Source: a virus
Taxonomy: Duplodnaviria > Caudoviricetes
Strand: one strand, 5' to 3'
Virus record (IMG/VR): IMGVR_UViG_3300047539_000055
Length of the DNA stretch: 64,000 nucleotides
The notes under the pieces were generated by a model. The model ran no database searches. It had not been told where the DNA came from and saw only the letters and a program-made list of their open reading frames with translations. Below, piece after piece: positions 26,804 through 36,863 of the stretch. The first letter of the stretch is position 1. Each line of letters opens with the position of its first letter. A program made the translations under genes and the position numbers.

Positions 26804-29800
26804 ATGCCACTTCCAGTTGAAAACACATCAGCGCAACTTGTAGATTTTCTAAAAGATCGCTATGAAATAGCTGATTCAGTTAATGATAAGGGCGTCTTCA
26901 CCGATGATCCATCAGAAATTAAGGTTTTTAGTTTCAATTACATTAATAAAAAAGGCGAAGACAAAGGCTCTGTTGTTATTTCACTGCTTGATGATAGTGA
27001 ATCCAGCAACTCCCTAAAAATCTATTTTGGTCAGGATTTGGGGGATGCTGATTCAGAAACTCGCACTGAATGGTATGAATTCCTTCAAAGTATCCGACAG
27101 TTTGCAAAAATGCACCTTCTTGGCTTTGATGTAAGAAACATCAATAAGAGCCAGATTACTAAGCGCGATGTTGAAAAAGACTTGATTCTAACTAAAGAAG
27201 ATATCGAGCCAATGTTTGAAAGTTCATTCGGCCCAATTGATGGCACTGTGAAGACTAGCAGACAGCCTCTTGACAAGATGACTATCATTATCAAACATTC
27301 AGCGCGTGTTGATCCGAGTGTCAAAAACAGCCGTTCTCGTAGAATTGAGAAGATTTATCTCGCCAATGAAAAGGGAGAACGCTTTTTACTGCCATTCAAG
27401 AGCCTTTTAGCGGCTCGTGCCATGGCTCGACACATTGAAACTGGCGGAACCCCTTATGACAACATAGGCAGGGATATTTGCCAATTGGTTGAAGAGATGA
27501 TTTCTCTCAACAAATTCTATCGTAAGCAAAAGAAATCGCCATCAGCTTCTCAGTCATATGTTTCATCCATTCTTGACGCAACAAAAGAGCGCGTCTTTGA
27601 TATCAAAAAGACATTAGCAAGTTTATCCACAAAAGGAGGATACGCTAAAAATAGTCCGTCTCTAACAGGAAATGCTGGTGAAATTGAAGATGATGATGAA
27701 GTATTTGAAGATGCTTTTGATGGAGCAGACTTAGATGAAGAAAGTCAGCTTGCCATTCCTCATGTTATGAAAGCATATCATAATCGTCATATGAGTGAAG
27801 AAGAAAATGAATATAACAACTGGGTAAAGAAAGACGAAGCTGATTATGAAAAATGGGATAAAGCCTCAGATAATGATGGCGAGGGTCTTGAAGCTTTGGC
27901 TGCTGAAAATGACGATGAAGCCTATGATGATTGGATAGACGCCGCCAATGGTCAAGGCGAAGGCGACGAAGTATTGACTGATGCTGAAGAACCAAATTAT
28001 CCAGAAAGTTGGGATTGGCCTGTTTGTGAAAAATGTTTGGAAGCACACGATCCAAATCATTGCCCACTTGATGACGATGAACTTCATGAATCCCAGTCTA
28101 AAAAAAAATTTAAATGTCCTGAATGTCGTGAAGTCCTACCAATAGAACTACAAGATGAAACCGGCCTTTGTATGGATTGTTATGGTTTAAGTTTAGAAGA
28201 TAATATTTTCACACCGGATGATTTTGAACATTCTAAAGTAAGAGATGACGAACCTGTTCACGGCCCAGATCAAAGAACCACACAATACATCAACATACCT
28301 GGAAGTAATGAAAGCAAAGAGAATAGTGGAAAAGCTTTGAATGAAGGTAGTTTATTGCCGACAAGCTATGCGAAAAAACAAGTACTAAACAGTGTGCCTA
28401 CAGCTAAAATTAGAAAAAATAAAACCGGCTTGTATGATATTGGTTATACTCACATTAATACAGATAAAGATAATCCAAATGATTATTGGTATGGTAAACC
28501 CAAAATTTTTGTAAAGCTTACTCCACGACCAGCATCAACGCCTCGCGAAGCTTGGAATTATGCGTTGATGTATTTAAAAATCAAAGACAATACTCATGCT
28601 GGCGAAGCTTTGAAAGAAGATAGGTACGAACCTGGCGAACCATGGACTTGCTCTGCATGTGAAGCTCACAACTTCGTAAATATGAAGCATTGTCGTAATT
28701 GTGGAGAAGCACGAAAAAACAAGAAAATTCAACGATCTTCTTCAAAATTTGATCATAATGATAAACAGTTAAGTCACGCAGAAAGATTGGCTTTAACAAC
28801 TTCGCGCAAAGTTGATGAATCAATTCCAGATAGAGAAGATAATGATTTGAGAAATGAATGGACTGCCTGTGAAGAATATGGACACCGTTTTGATATTGAT
28901 GGCGAAGAGTATTCATCTTGTGTAGATTGTGGTGAACCAAGATATTCTGATGAACCATATATTCCGGACCCAATTGTAGCAAGAGAACGCGAACAATTGA
29001 ATGGAATAGATTTGAATGACGGTTATGATACCCCATATGTAGAAGACGATCCACATGTATTGGCAGATTTAGAACGAATTCATGGTGATGAACCATTAGA
29101 AGAATCCAAAATCGCAATGAAAGTAGCATGTCCGGATTGTGGCGCGAAGAAAGGCGATCCTTGTAGAACTAAAAGAATAATTAATTCCGCCGACAAGAGA
29201 ATGACCACTGTTCATTCCGGTAGAATCATTTCCGCAAAGCATGTGAATGAAGGGGTTTTTTCAAACTTGTTTAACGGAAAAAAATCAGCGCAACAAGAAT
29301 ATAGAATTTTAGGAATGATGTTGACTGATTCTGGTTTTGAATTAGTTAAAACCGATGAAGATTTGTCTCAACTTTGGCAACAAGGTTATTTTAAAATTTT
29401 TGTTAATGTCGTCAATAAAAATGGCAAACATAAAACTGTTTGGATGATGAATAGATCCGGTAAATCAGTAGCACACGGAATTGGTTCTTATTCTTTTATA
29501 GAAGAATTGTTTGTGAATCATCCAGAATTTAGAGACACATATAAAGTCTTACAGCAAAAAGTTGCTGATCGAGATACAAATTTTAATAAAGGTGTGAATG
29601 AAGGACTACTCGATTTTATTGATCCAAACTCAGATAGAAATATTCATAAATTTGCATTGAGAATCTTTGACATCAATCAATTTTTATATCAAATGGATTT
29701 TAAAATAATTCAACGTGATATCGAGGCTTCCAAAACACTTTGGCGCAAGGGCTATTTTAATATTTTGATTGCTCCAATACAAACTACTTTTGGTTACGAT

Positions 29801-30268
29801 GCTGGTTGGGTCATTCAAAGAAATGGTAAAATAAAAGCCAAAGGGACTGGCGAAAAGAATTTGATACATGAATTGGTAAGGAATAACAAAGAGTTTCGTG
29901 ATGCTTATGAATATTTCACAAATAAATATCCGACAGCTAAGGTAACAGAAGATACTGGCATCATCGCTGATCTTCTCAAAGAATATCAAAGTTCGTTTGT
30001 TTCCGAAGCCGATGTTCCAGCATCGAATTCATATGGAAGTCCATTATCTTTTGTTCAGAAAGCTTTGGGATCAAAGTTTCATACCAATAAAGAGATTGAG
30101 GATCACGCCACTACTAATGGTAAAATTTCTCCATTCACCTTATTGAGTTCTCCAGAAAAAGATGTGGATGATGACAATAAAGAAATTATAAGATTGGCTG
30201 ATTTGGCAAAGGCACCACGACCAAATCCAGAAAATTCTGGTGGACGCGGAAACAAACCTGGGAATTAA
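26804..30268 (+). CDS. Large late protein: conserved N-terminal domain plus modular Zn-finger insert
   Basis: TAAATA and SD; RSRRIEKIYLANEKGERFLLPF..L.AARAMARH...GG.PYD motif; repeated [VLI]xE-delimited CxxC modules. Confidence 0.8.
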   Translation: MPLPVENTSAQLVDFLKDRYEIADSVNDKGVFTDDPSEIKVFSFNYINKKGEDKGSVVISLLDDSESSNSLKIYFGQDLGDADSETRTEWYEFLQSIRQFAKMHLLGFDVRNINKSQITKRDVEKDLILTKEDIEPMFESSFGPIDGTVKTSRQPLDKMTIIIKHSARVDPSVKNSRSRRIEKIYLANEKGERFLLPFKSLLAARAMARHIETGGTPYDNIGRDICQLVEEMISLNKFYRKQKKSPSASQSYVSSILDATKERVFDIKKTLASLSTKGGYAKNSPSLTGNAGEIEDDDEVFEDAFDGADLDEESQLAIPHVMKAYHNRHMSEEENEYNNWVKKDEADYEKWDKASDNDGEGLEALAAENDDEAYDDWIDAANGQGEGDEVLTDAEEPNYPESWDWPVCEKCLEAHDPNHCPLDDDELHESQSKKKFKCPECREVLPIELQDETGLCMDCYGLSLEDNIFTPDDFEHSKVRDDEPVHGPDQRTTQYINIPGSNESKENSGKALNEGSLLPTSYAKKQVLNSVPTAKIRKNKTGLYDIGYTHINTDKDNPNDYWYGKPKIFVKLTPRPASTPREAWNYALMYLKIKDNTHAGEALKEDRYEPGEPWTCSACEAHNFVNMKHCRNCGEARKNKKIQRSSSKFDHNDKQLSHAERLALTTSRKVDESIPDREDNDLRNEWTACEEYGHRFDIDGEEYSSCVDCGEPRYSDEPYIPDPIVAREREQLNGIDLNDGYDTPYVEDDPHVLADLERIHGDEPLEESKIAMKVACPDCGAKKGDPCRTKRIINSADKRMTTVHSGRIISAKHVNEGVFSNLFNGKKSAQQEYRILGMMLTDSGFELVKTDEDLSQLWQQGYFKIFVNVVNKNGKHKTVWMMNRSGKSVAHGIGSYSFIEELFVNHPEFRDTYKVLQQKVADRDTNFNKGVNEGLLDFIDPNSDRNIHKFALRIFDINQFLYQMDFKIIQRDIEASKTLWRKGYFNILIAPIQTTFGYDAGWVIQRNGKIKAKGTGEKNLIHELVRNNKEFRDAYEYFTNKYPTAKVTEDTGIIADLLKEYQSSFVSEADVPASNSYGSPLSFVQKALGSKFHTNKEIEDHATTNGKISPFTLLSSPEKDVDDDNKEIIRLADLAKAPRPNPENSGGRGNKPGN

Positions 30269-30478
30269 AATGAATTATTGTGATAGAGAAAAAATCCCGT
30301 TACTGATTATTCCATATACCGAAAAACAAATAGAATTGTCCTTAAAAATATTTTTAAAATCTATACAAAATAAACCAAAGAAATATATTGTAAATGATAA
30401 ATAGAAGTGCTATAGTAATTATATAGCAACATGGAATGTAACAAATATTATGGTAACATGGACATAAGGAGAACTATC

Positions 30479-31471
30479 ATGGGAACAATTTCAACCCTCG
30501 CTGCAATAAGGGCGCGACTGGCTCAAGCCGAGCAAAACAAAACAACAAATTATGATAATGCATTTTATCCTTTCTGGAATGCCAAGACAGGCTCAACGTC
30601 TACTCTTCGCTTTCTTCCAGATGGCAACCAAAACAATACCTATTTTTGGGTAGAAAAACTACAAATCAAACTTCCTTATAATGGCATCAAAAACGGTGAC
30701 GCAAAACCAATCACTGTCAGCGTACCTTGTGTTGAAATGTTTGGACGTGAAGAATATCCTCAAGGATGCCCTATCCTTAGTGAAATTCGCGTATGGTACA
30801 AGGACGAAACCCTCAAGGAAAAAGCAAACAAATATTGGAAGAAACCTTCCTATATTATGCAGGGATTTGTTCGTGAAAACGCAGTTGCAGACGATAAAGC
30901 ACCAGAGAATCCAATTCGCCGTTTTAGTTTGAACAAGCAATTGTTCAATTTGGTAAAGGCTGGTTTGATGGATGCAGATATGATCAACATTCCTTCTGAT
31001 TATGAAAAGGGAAGCGATTTCCGCGTTAGCAAAACACAAGATGGTTTGTATGCGGATTATGGCACAAGCAAGTACACTCGTAACGAAAGTCCTCTAACTC
31101 AGGTCGAACTTGACGCAATTGAAAAGTTTGGTTTGAGTGATCTTAGTGGATTCCTTGGTAAGAAGCCAACGGCAGAAGACCTCAAGATTATTCGTGAGAT
31201 GTTTGAAGCCTCTGTTGATGGTGAAGCTTACGATAATGAAAAGTGGGGTAACTTCTATCGCCCAGCAGGTTTGAAGAGTGATAAGACTGAAGAAGCCAAG
31301 ACAGAAACAAAGTCAGTGGCAACAGAGACTCCAGCCGATGAACCAGTTTCGCATGTTGAAACTGCTTCAGTTGAAGCCGTAGTCGCTCCAAAAATCGACG
31401 CAGCCGAAATCCTTAAGAAGATTAGGGAACGCAGTAACAAGCCAGCAAAAGAAGCAGTAAAAACAGCATAA
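30479..31471 (+). CDS. Single-stranded DNA-binding protein (T4 gp32-like)
   Basis: LRFLPD, CVEM..CPI, YWKK.SY, G.DF...KT...YADY.TS; acidic C-terminal tail; start at MGTIS after AAGGAG. Confidence 0.88.
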   Translation: MGTISTLAAIRARLAQAEQNKTTNYDNAFYPFWNAKTGSTSTLRFLPDGNQNNTYFWVEKLQIKLPYNGIKNGDAKPITVSVPCVEMFGREEYPQGCPILSEIRVWYKDETLKEKANKYWKKPSYIMQGFVRENAVADDKAPENPIRRFSLNKQLFNLVKAGLMDADMINIPSDYEKGSDFRVSKTQDGLYADYGTSKYTRNESPLTQVELDAIEKFGLSDLSGFLGKKPTAEDLKIIREMFEASVDGEAYDNEKWGNFYRPAGLKSDKTEEAKTETKSVATETPADEPVSHVETASVEAVVAPKIDAAEILKKIRERSNKPAKEAVKTA

Positions 31472-31483
31472 TTTACAAATGCT

Positions 31484-31531
31484 CATATGCAGTGATAACA
31501 CCCGCATCACTGCATATGTTCCATAGCGGGT
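31484..31531 (+). other. 13-bp hairpin with potential H-type pseudoknot
   Basis: CATATGCAGTGAT/ATCACTGCATATG; loop ACCCGC complementary to GCGGGT at 31526-31531. Confidence 0.55.
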
Positions 31532-31557
31532 ATATTTGAATTTGGAGATAAAACCCA

Positions 31558-31722
31558 ATGAATGATAAAAAGACAGAAGTTGAACAATTAATCACTAAAG
31601 CAGTAAAAGCTGAAAAATCAGAGGATGCATTGCGTTTCTCTCAAGCCGCCTGTAATGCTGCAAATGCATTGATTTGTGTGGTCAATAGAGAAAAATTAGT
31701 AGCAAGTTATAGTCACAGATAA
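31558..31722 (+). CDS. Small protein (54 aa, not in ORF track)
   Basis: GGAG SD; MNDKKTEVEQLITKAVKAEKSEDALRFSQAACNAANAL... Confidence 0.55.
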   Translation: MNDKKTEVEQLITKAVKAEKSEDALRFSQAACNAANALICVVNREKLVASYSHR

Positions 31723-31859
31723 AATATCTGGAAAATCGTTAACATCAACAGTTGATCACTCAGCCATAAAAAGAGCCAAAAAATTACATCATGTTGATTT
31801 AGTAGCTGAAATTATAGAAGCATTAAAAAGAATAATGCCAACCGAAAAAAGAGGATAGC

Positions 31860-32924
31860 ATGGGAAAACCATTTGATTTAAGTAAGTTCCGACGCGGTAT
31901 CACGAAATCAATTGAAGGTATTTCAGTGGGATTCCACGATCCAAAGACTTGGATTAGTACTGGGAACTTTGCTTTAAACTATTTGATATCAGGGAAATTT
32001 GAGGCAGGAATTCCCCTTGGAAAAGTAACCGTATTTGCTGGTCAACCAGCCAGTGGAAAGAGTTTGGTAGTAAGTGGCAATATTATTAAGCACGCGCAAG
32101 ATATGGGAATCTATGTCATTCTTGTAGATACTGAAAACGCTTTGGATGAACCGTGGCTCCAGGCTTTCGGTGTTGATACAAGTGAAGACAAATTACTCAA
32201 ACTAAGTTTATCCATGATCAATGATGTTGGCAAGTTATTGAGTGATTTTATCAAGAGTTATCGCGAAGATGACCCAGAAACTAGACCAAAAATATTGTTT
32301 GTAATTGACAGTCTTGGAATGCTTCTATCACCGTCAGACGTAGCACAATTTGAAAAGGGCGATATGAAGGGTGATATGGGCATCAAACCCAAGCAGTTAA
32401 AAGCATTAGTAAAGAATGTCCTCAATCAGTTTGCCGATCTTGATATCGGTTTAGTTGCAACTAATCATACCTATGCAAGCCAAGACCCTTACAGCCCTGA
32501 TGATATCGTCAGTGGTGGTTCTGGATTCATTTTCGCGGCCTCAATCGTTGTTGCTATGAAACCATTGAAACTGAAAGAAGATGAAGACGGTGTAAAAGGT
32601 ACAAAGGTTTTGGGTATTCGTTCTGGCTGTAAGATTATGAAGACTCGTTATAATCAACCGTTTACCACAACAGAAGTTGTTATACCTTATGATCAAGGTA
32701 TGTTACCATATTCAGGATTGTTTGAATTATTTGAAGAACAAGGGTTACTAACCAAGGAAGGAAATAGTTATTGCTATACTGATAATGCTGGTAAGGTTCA
32801 TAAAGCATTTCGTAAGAAATATCTCAAAAACGAAGACGGAATACTTGATTTGATTATGAGTGAATATAACACTGAACAAGTCAGACCAAACTTAACAAAT
32901 CCTCAACTTTTAGAGGATGAATAA
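31860..32924 (+). CDS. uvsX: RecA-like recombinase
   Basis: AGQPASGKS, DTENAL, VIDSLG, TNHTY, SGGSG, MKTRY. Confidence 0.93.
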   Translation: MGKPFDLSKFRRGITKSIEGISVGFHDPKTWISTGNFALNYLISGKFEAGIPLGKVTVFAGQPASGKSLVVSGNIIKHAQDMGIYVILVDTENALDEPWLQAFGVDTSEDKLLKLSLSMINDVGKLLSDFIKSYREDDPETRPKILFVIDSLGMLLSPSDVAQFEKGDMKGDMGIKPKQLKALVKNVLNQFADLDIGLVATNHTYASQDPYSPDDIVSGGSGFIFAASIVVAMKPLKLKEDEDGVKGTKVLGIRSGCKIMKTRYNQPFTTTEVVIPYDQGMLPYSGLFELFEEQGLLTKEGNSYCYTDNAGKVHKAFRKKYLKNEDGILDLIMSEYNTEQVRPNLTNPQLLEDE

Positions 32925-33177
32925 TATGACCCTGATGCAATTAGAATCACACATCTCAATTCCTGAAATTCATCACAAGATATTACAGAATTATACAGGA
33001 GCATATGCACTTGGGGTCACGCGCCTAAATGCTGAAAGCAACGAAGGAGCGTTTCATCTTCATGTGACTGGTGAAACTCTTGCCGAGTTTCCAGATCAAG
33101 TTGAGATTGATGGGGAGGATGTGCCTGTATTGGTTAACAGAAATTGGACTCCTCCAATTACTCAGGCTCACGATTAG
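32917..33177 (+). CDS. Hypothetical protein
   Basis: ORF with GAGG SD; 3' end overlaps the convergent kinase. Confidence 0.5.
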   Translation: MNNMTLMQLESHISIPEIHHKILQNYTGAYALGVTRLNAESNEGAFHLHVTGETLAEFPDQVEIDGEDVPVLVNRNWTPPITQAHD

Positions 33178-33820
33178 TATCCCCATAACTGAATACTGCA
33201 TAAGGATCAGTTATAACTATTGTTCCGTCTGATCGTTGCATTACATTACTTCTACCCATATCATTTAAAAAACCTTCCATGTACTTACCGACAAGTCGCA
33301 AAGCGTCCACTAATGATGGGTCATTTTTTAGATAATAAGGAACTGGAGCACCAAAGGGATATAATTCTTCTAGTGACCTAGTCGGATATTGAATTATTCT
33401 AAAGAAAGTAGATGTATCAATTCCATTATCGCGTCCGAGTGCGGATAATTTTTCAATCAAATATATGTAAAATTTTCTGCCATTGATATTCATAACTTTC
33501 ATATCGCCAATTTTTGGAAAATGAACATTGTCAAAGTCTTTAATTAAAGTAGCGTAATGTTCAAAACCCTTATCTGGTGATTTATTTATTTTTAATACAA
33601 ATGGTTTTTTATCGTTGGTAAATACTGCACTGAAATGCCCATCATTCAAATAATGCCAACCCAGTTTGCTTAATTTAGCTCGTAATTCCGTATCTTGAGT
33701 TGACATTTCTACAGGGTTTTTTGTTTTGTGAGCTATATTGCGTTGTGGGAAATAATTAAACGCAGCATCCTCAACATCTTTATCAATCATCGGAGTGTCA
33801 TCAAATTCGTATAGTCTCAT
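33158..33820 (-). CDS. T7 gp0.7-like Ser/Thr protein kinase K5
   Basis: LNDGHFSAVF, FVLK, YLIEKL, NDMGRSNVM, ITDPY; start MRLYEF. Confidence 0.8.
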   Translation of the reverse strand: MRLYEFDDTPMIDKDVEDAAFNYFPQRNIAHKTKNPVEMSTQDTELRAKLSKLGWHYLNDGHFSAVFTNDKKPFVLKINKSPDKGFEHYATLIKDFDNVHFPKIGDMKVMNINGRKFYIYLIEKLSALGRDNGIDTSTFFRIIQYPTRSLEELYPFGAPVPYYLKNDPSLVDALRLVGKYMEGFLNDMGRSNVMQRSDGTIVITDPYAVFSYGDTNREPE

Positions 33821-33824
33821 AATA

Positions 33825-34448
33825 TTACTCAGAATAAGGATCGGTAAGTACAATCGTTCCATCTTTGCGTTTCATAAAATTATCAGCGTGCAAATCCAAC
33901 CAGCCGTTCTCAACATTGTTTCCAATTATTCGTAAGGCTTGTACCAGCTTTGGATTTTCCGCTAAAATATCAGGTATTGGTGAATCATAGTGTTGTCTGA
34001 ATATTTCTTTCAATGATTTTTTTGGGAAATTTAGTATTGATTGAAATGAATCTCGATAATATTCTCGACGATCTTTATTTGAAATTGGATATAGTCTCTC
34101 AATGAGATAAATATAGTAATTAGTTTCACCAAATGTCAAAGTTTTAACAGCGCTAATTTTTGGAAAGTGAGGATTTGGATTACCCTGTAAAACACGGACA
34201 TATCGAGCATATCCTGTATCTTCTCTAAAGGTTAGTTTGACAACATAGTTTTTCTTTGGATTGAAGAATACGGAAGCAAATTTGCCATTGTCTAAAAACT
34301 TCCAACCAAGTTCAGCCATTTTGTGTTCAAACTTTTTATCATATGTATAATCATACGAACTATCTGAACCATATGTATTATCACGATCAGCAAGGTACTC
34401 TGATGCGTAATCACTTAGTTTCGGTTTGTTGAACTCAATAAGTTTCAT
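33825..34448 (-). CDS. T7 gp0.7-like protein kinase K4
   Basis: LDNGKFASVF, YVVK, EDTGY, DLHADNFM, LTDPY; start MKLIEF. Confidence 0.85.
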   Translation of the reverse strand: MKLIEFNKPKLSDYASEYLADRDNTYGSDSSYDYTYDKKFEHKMAELGWKFLDNGKFASVFFNPKKNYVVKLTFREDTGYARYVRVLQGNPNPHFPKISAVKTLTFGETNYYIYLIERLYPISNKDRREYYRDSFQSILNFPKKSLKEIFRQHYDSPIPDILAENPKLVQALRIIGNNVENGWLDLHADNFMKRKDGTIVLTDPYSE

Positions 34449-34450
34449 TT

Positions 34451-35155
34451 TTACCAACCATCGTCATCCCAACCACCGTAATCCTGTTTTTCACTACTCT
34501 CTATAAAAGAATAAGGATCAGTAATTACAGCCGTTCCATCTTTTCGTTGCATTATATTACCAGCGTGCATATCAATTTTAAACTTTGATTTCTTAGCCCA
34601 AGATGCCACAAGCTTAATTGCTGTGACAAATTCATCATTGGAAAGTACTTTCTCAAGAATACTCTGCCAATTTGCTTGTGTATAATTAGATGGTGCCGAT
34701 ATATTCTGAATTGTAAGCGCACCAGCACCACCAATCATTGTTCTTAAAATTTTACTGTATATCTCACCCCAAGGAGCTTCCATTTCAACTAGTTTTTCAA
34801 TGAGATACATTCCGAACGTTTCACCGCCACTTTTCAAAGTTTTCAAATCACTTAAATGCGGAAAATACTTGTTTGGATGTGCCTTGATCAATTTGACATA
34901 CTCTGCATATCCAGGATCAGAAACCATTGCTAATTTTAATACATACGATTTTCTAGGATTACTAAATACATAACTAAAATTTCCGTGACCTAACCTCTGC
35001 CAACCTAACTTGCTGAGTTTGTTAATCAATTCCTCTTCATCTTCACCAAATTCTGAGTCATCAACATATGTCATACTGCCTTTTCGGAGGTAGTTTTTTG
35101 CCACTGTTTCTTCGGACTTACTAATTTTTGGCTCTCTTAATTCAAATATTTTCAT
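34451..35155 (-). CDS. T7 gp0.7-like protein kinase K3
   Basis: LGHGNFSYVF, YVLK, DMHAGNIM, ITDPYSF; start MKIFEL. Confidence 0.85.
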   Translation of the reverse strand: MKIFELREPKISKSEETVAKNYLRKGSMTYVDDSEFGEDEEELINKLSKLGWQRLGHGNFSYVFSNPRKSYVLKLAMVSDPGYAEYVKLIKAHPNKYFPHLSDLKTLKSGGETFGMYLIEKLVEMEAPWGEIYSKILRTMIGGAGALTIQNISAPSNYTQANWQSILEKVLSNDEFVTAIKLVASWAKKSKFKIDMHAGNIMQRKDGTAVITDPYSFIESSEKQDYGGWDDDGW

Positions 35156-35156
35156 A

Positions 35157-35807
35157 TTACTTACCCGTATGTGATAGATTGAATGTATGGAACATTGAAT
35201 ATGGATCGGTGATAACCAAATCTCCATTAGCACGTTGCATAATATTTTCATCGTGTATGTCAATGTTGAAACCGAATTTACGAGAATAAATACGAAGCCA
35301 TTTTAGAGCTTCCATCAACTCATTATTATTCCGAATAAACTCTGGAACACCGTCTGGAAATAATTCAGAAATTGGTTGAGAATAATTAGCAATAATGGTT
35401 TCTAATGCTTCAGACCAATCCCTGCTAGTCCTATAAGAAATGTGTTGCAATTTCTCAATGAGATAAACGTAAAAATTTTGCTCACCAGCTTTTAAAAGTT
35501 TCTTATCACTGATTTGTGGGTAATACTTATTTGGATGCTCATGAATCAAATTTACATATTGTTCGTACCCAGGATCGGGTTGTTTGTTTAACTTTAGAAC
35601 ATAAGATGATTTTTTACTGTTTGCAAAAACTATGCTGAATGCACCAAAACCAATTTCATACCAGCCAAGTGATCTTAGATTATCTTCTAGTATGACACGA
35701 TCATCAAAAAACCGAGATGTATTGTTAACCCAGTCAGATGTGGCTTCCTCTTCTTCTGGAGTTATGTGAGGCACGTCGAGTTCATAGTCAAATTCAAATA
35801 TTTTCAT
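35157..35807 (-). CDS. T7 gp0.7-like protein kinase K2
   Basis: IGFGAFSIVF, YVLK, DIHDENIM, ITDPY; start MKIFEF. Confidence 0.85.
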   Translation of the reverse strand: MKIFEFDYELDVPHITPEEEEATSDWVNNTSRFFDDRVILEDNLRSLGWYEIGFGAFSIVFANSKKSSYVLKLNKQPDPGYEQYVNLIHEHPNKYYPQISDKKLLKAGEQNFYVYLIEKLQHISYRTSRDWSEALETIIANYSQPISELFPDGVPEFIRNNNELMEALKWLRIYSRKFGFNIDIHDENIMQRANGDLVITDPYSMFHTFNLSHTGK

Positions 35808-36539
35808 TTAGCTTCCTGGAAAATTTGGAGGTCTGCTATTAGTATTTTTTGTAGACTTATCCTTAAAATTGAATGATTGTTGCCCGGAGCGAGAACCATA
35901 CCCATTATAAGCCATCTTTGGAAAAGAATAAGGATCAGTGATTACTAATGCTCCACTCTCTCGTTTCATAATATTACCACTATGGATGTCAATGATATAA
36001 CCATATTTACGAGAATAAACGCGAATCCATTTCAAGGCCGTTATCAACTCTTGATTATCAACAATAATATCTGGAACACCATCTGGAAATATCTCATTTA
36101 TTGGAGTATGGTATTGCCTGATTACTCTTTTTAGATCGCTACTTAGTCCATAGGGGTCTTCGTCTTCTCTATACGGTTTCAATTTTTCAATCAAATATAC
36201 ATAGTATTTGCTATCTTGAATATTTAAAAGTTTCATATCACTTATTTGAGGGAAATACTTATTTGGGTGTTTCAGAATCAAATCAACATATTTTTGATAA
36301 CCAGGGTCGGGTTGAATATTAACCTTCAGAACGTATTTTTTGGATGGATTTACTAAAACCATACTAAAAACGCCACTTCCTAATACTTTCCAACCCAGTT
36401 TTTCGAACTGTTCTTGCATCATATCCTTGTCGGCATAAAGCGCAGGGTAACCAAATTTTCCAATAGCAGTCGAAGCGGCCTTTTCCTCTTCAGGAGTGAT
36501 TGCTTGATCGCGAGGTTTGAACAACTCAAGAATCTTCAT
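35808..36539 (-). CDS. T7 gp0.7-like protein kinase K1
   Basis: LGSGVFSMV, YVLK, DIHSGNIM, ITDPYSF; start MKILEL; TAAATA 7 nt upstream. Confidence 0.85.
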   Translation of the reverse strand: MKILELFKPRDQAITPEEEKAASTAIGKFGYPALYADKDMMQEQFEKLGWKVLGSGVFSMVLVNPSKKYVLKVNIQPDPGYQKYVDLILKHPNKYFPQISDMKLLNIQDSKYYVYLIEKLKPYREDEDPYGLSSDLKRVIRQYHTPINEIFPDGVPDIIVDNQELITALKWIRVYSRKYGYIIDIHSGNIMKRESGALVITDPYSFPKMAYNGYGSRSGQQSFNFKDKSTKNTNSRPPNFPGS

Positions 36540-36557
36540 TATACAGTATTTATTCTA

Positions 36558-36586
36558 TTGACTTGTTTTGGCTGTTGATCTATAAT
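36558..36586 (+). promoter_or_regulatory. sigma70-like promoter for the uvsY operon, back-to-back with the kinase late promoter
   Basis: TTGACT-N17-TATAAT; TATTTA (minus-strand TAAATA) at 36547-36552. Confidence 0.75.
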
Positions 36587-36629
36587 GATTGTATACACCT
36601 AAATAGACGGTAATTATAAGGAAACTAAA

Positions 36630-36863
36630 ATGCAAAAAGATACACCAGAAGTTATTACTGAATGTTGGCAACTTCTCGTGGAGTATATTCCACATCGTGA
36701 TCGCGCCACCGCCGCCGAACATCTTTTCAGCTATCTTGGAAGTGTTTTAAGCAAAGAGGAACAGGAAGCAATTTCCGATCTTGACGGTGCCGATTTGTCC
36801 GACGCATATTTTGCGAATTTGGACGAAGAAAACTCAGACAAATATAGGGAAGAAGACGAATAA
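36630..36863 (+). CDS. Conserved acidic hypothetical protein upstream of uvsY
   Basis: W..L.EYIP..DR..AA.HL pattern. Confidence 0.65.
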   Translation: MQKDTPEVITECWQLLVEYIPHRDRATAAEHLFSYLGSVLSKEEQEAISDLDGADLSDAYFANLDEENSDKYREEDE

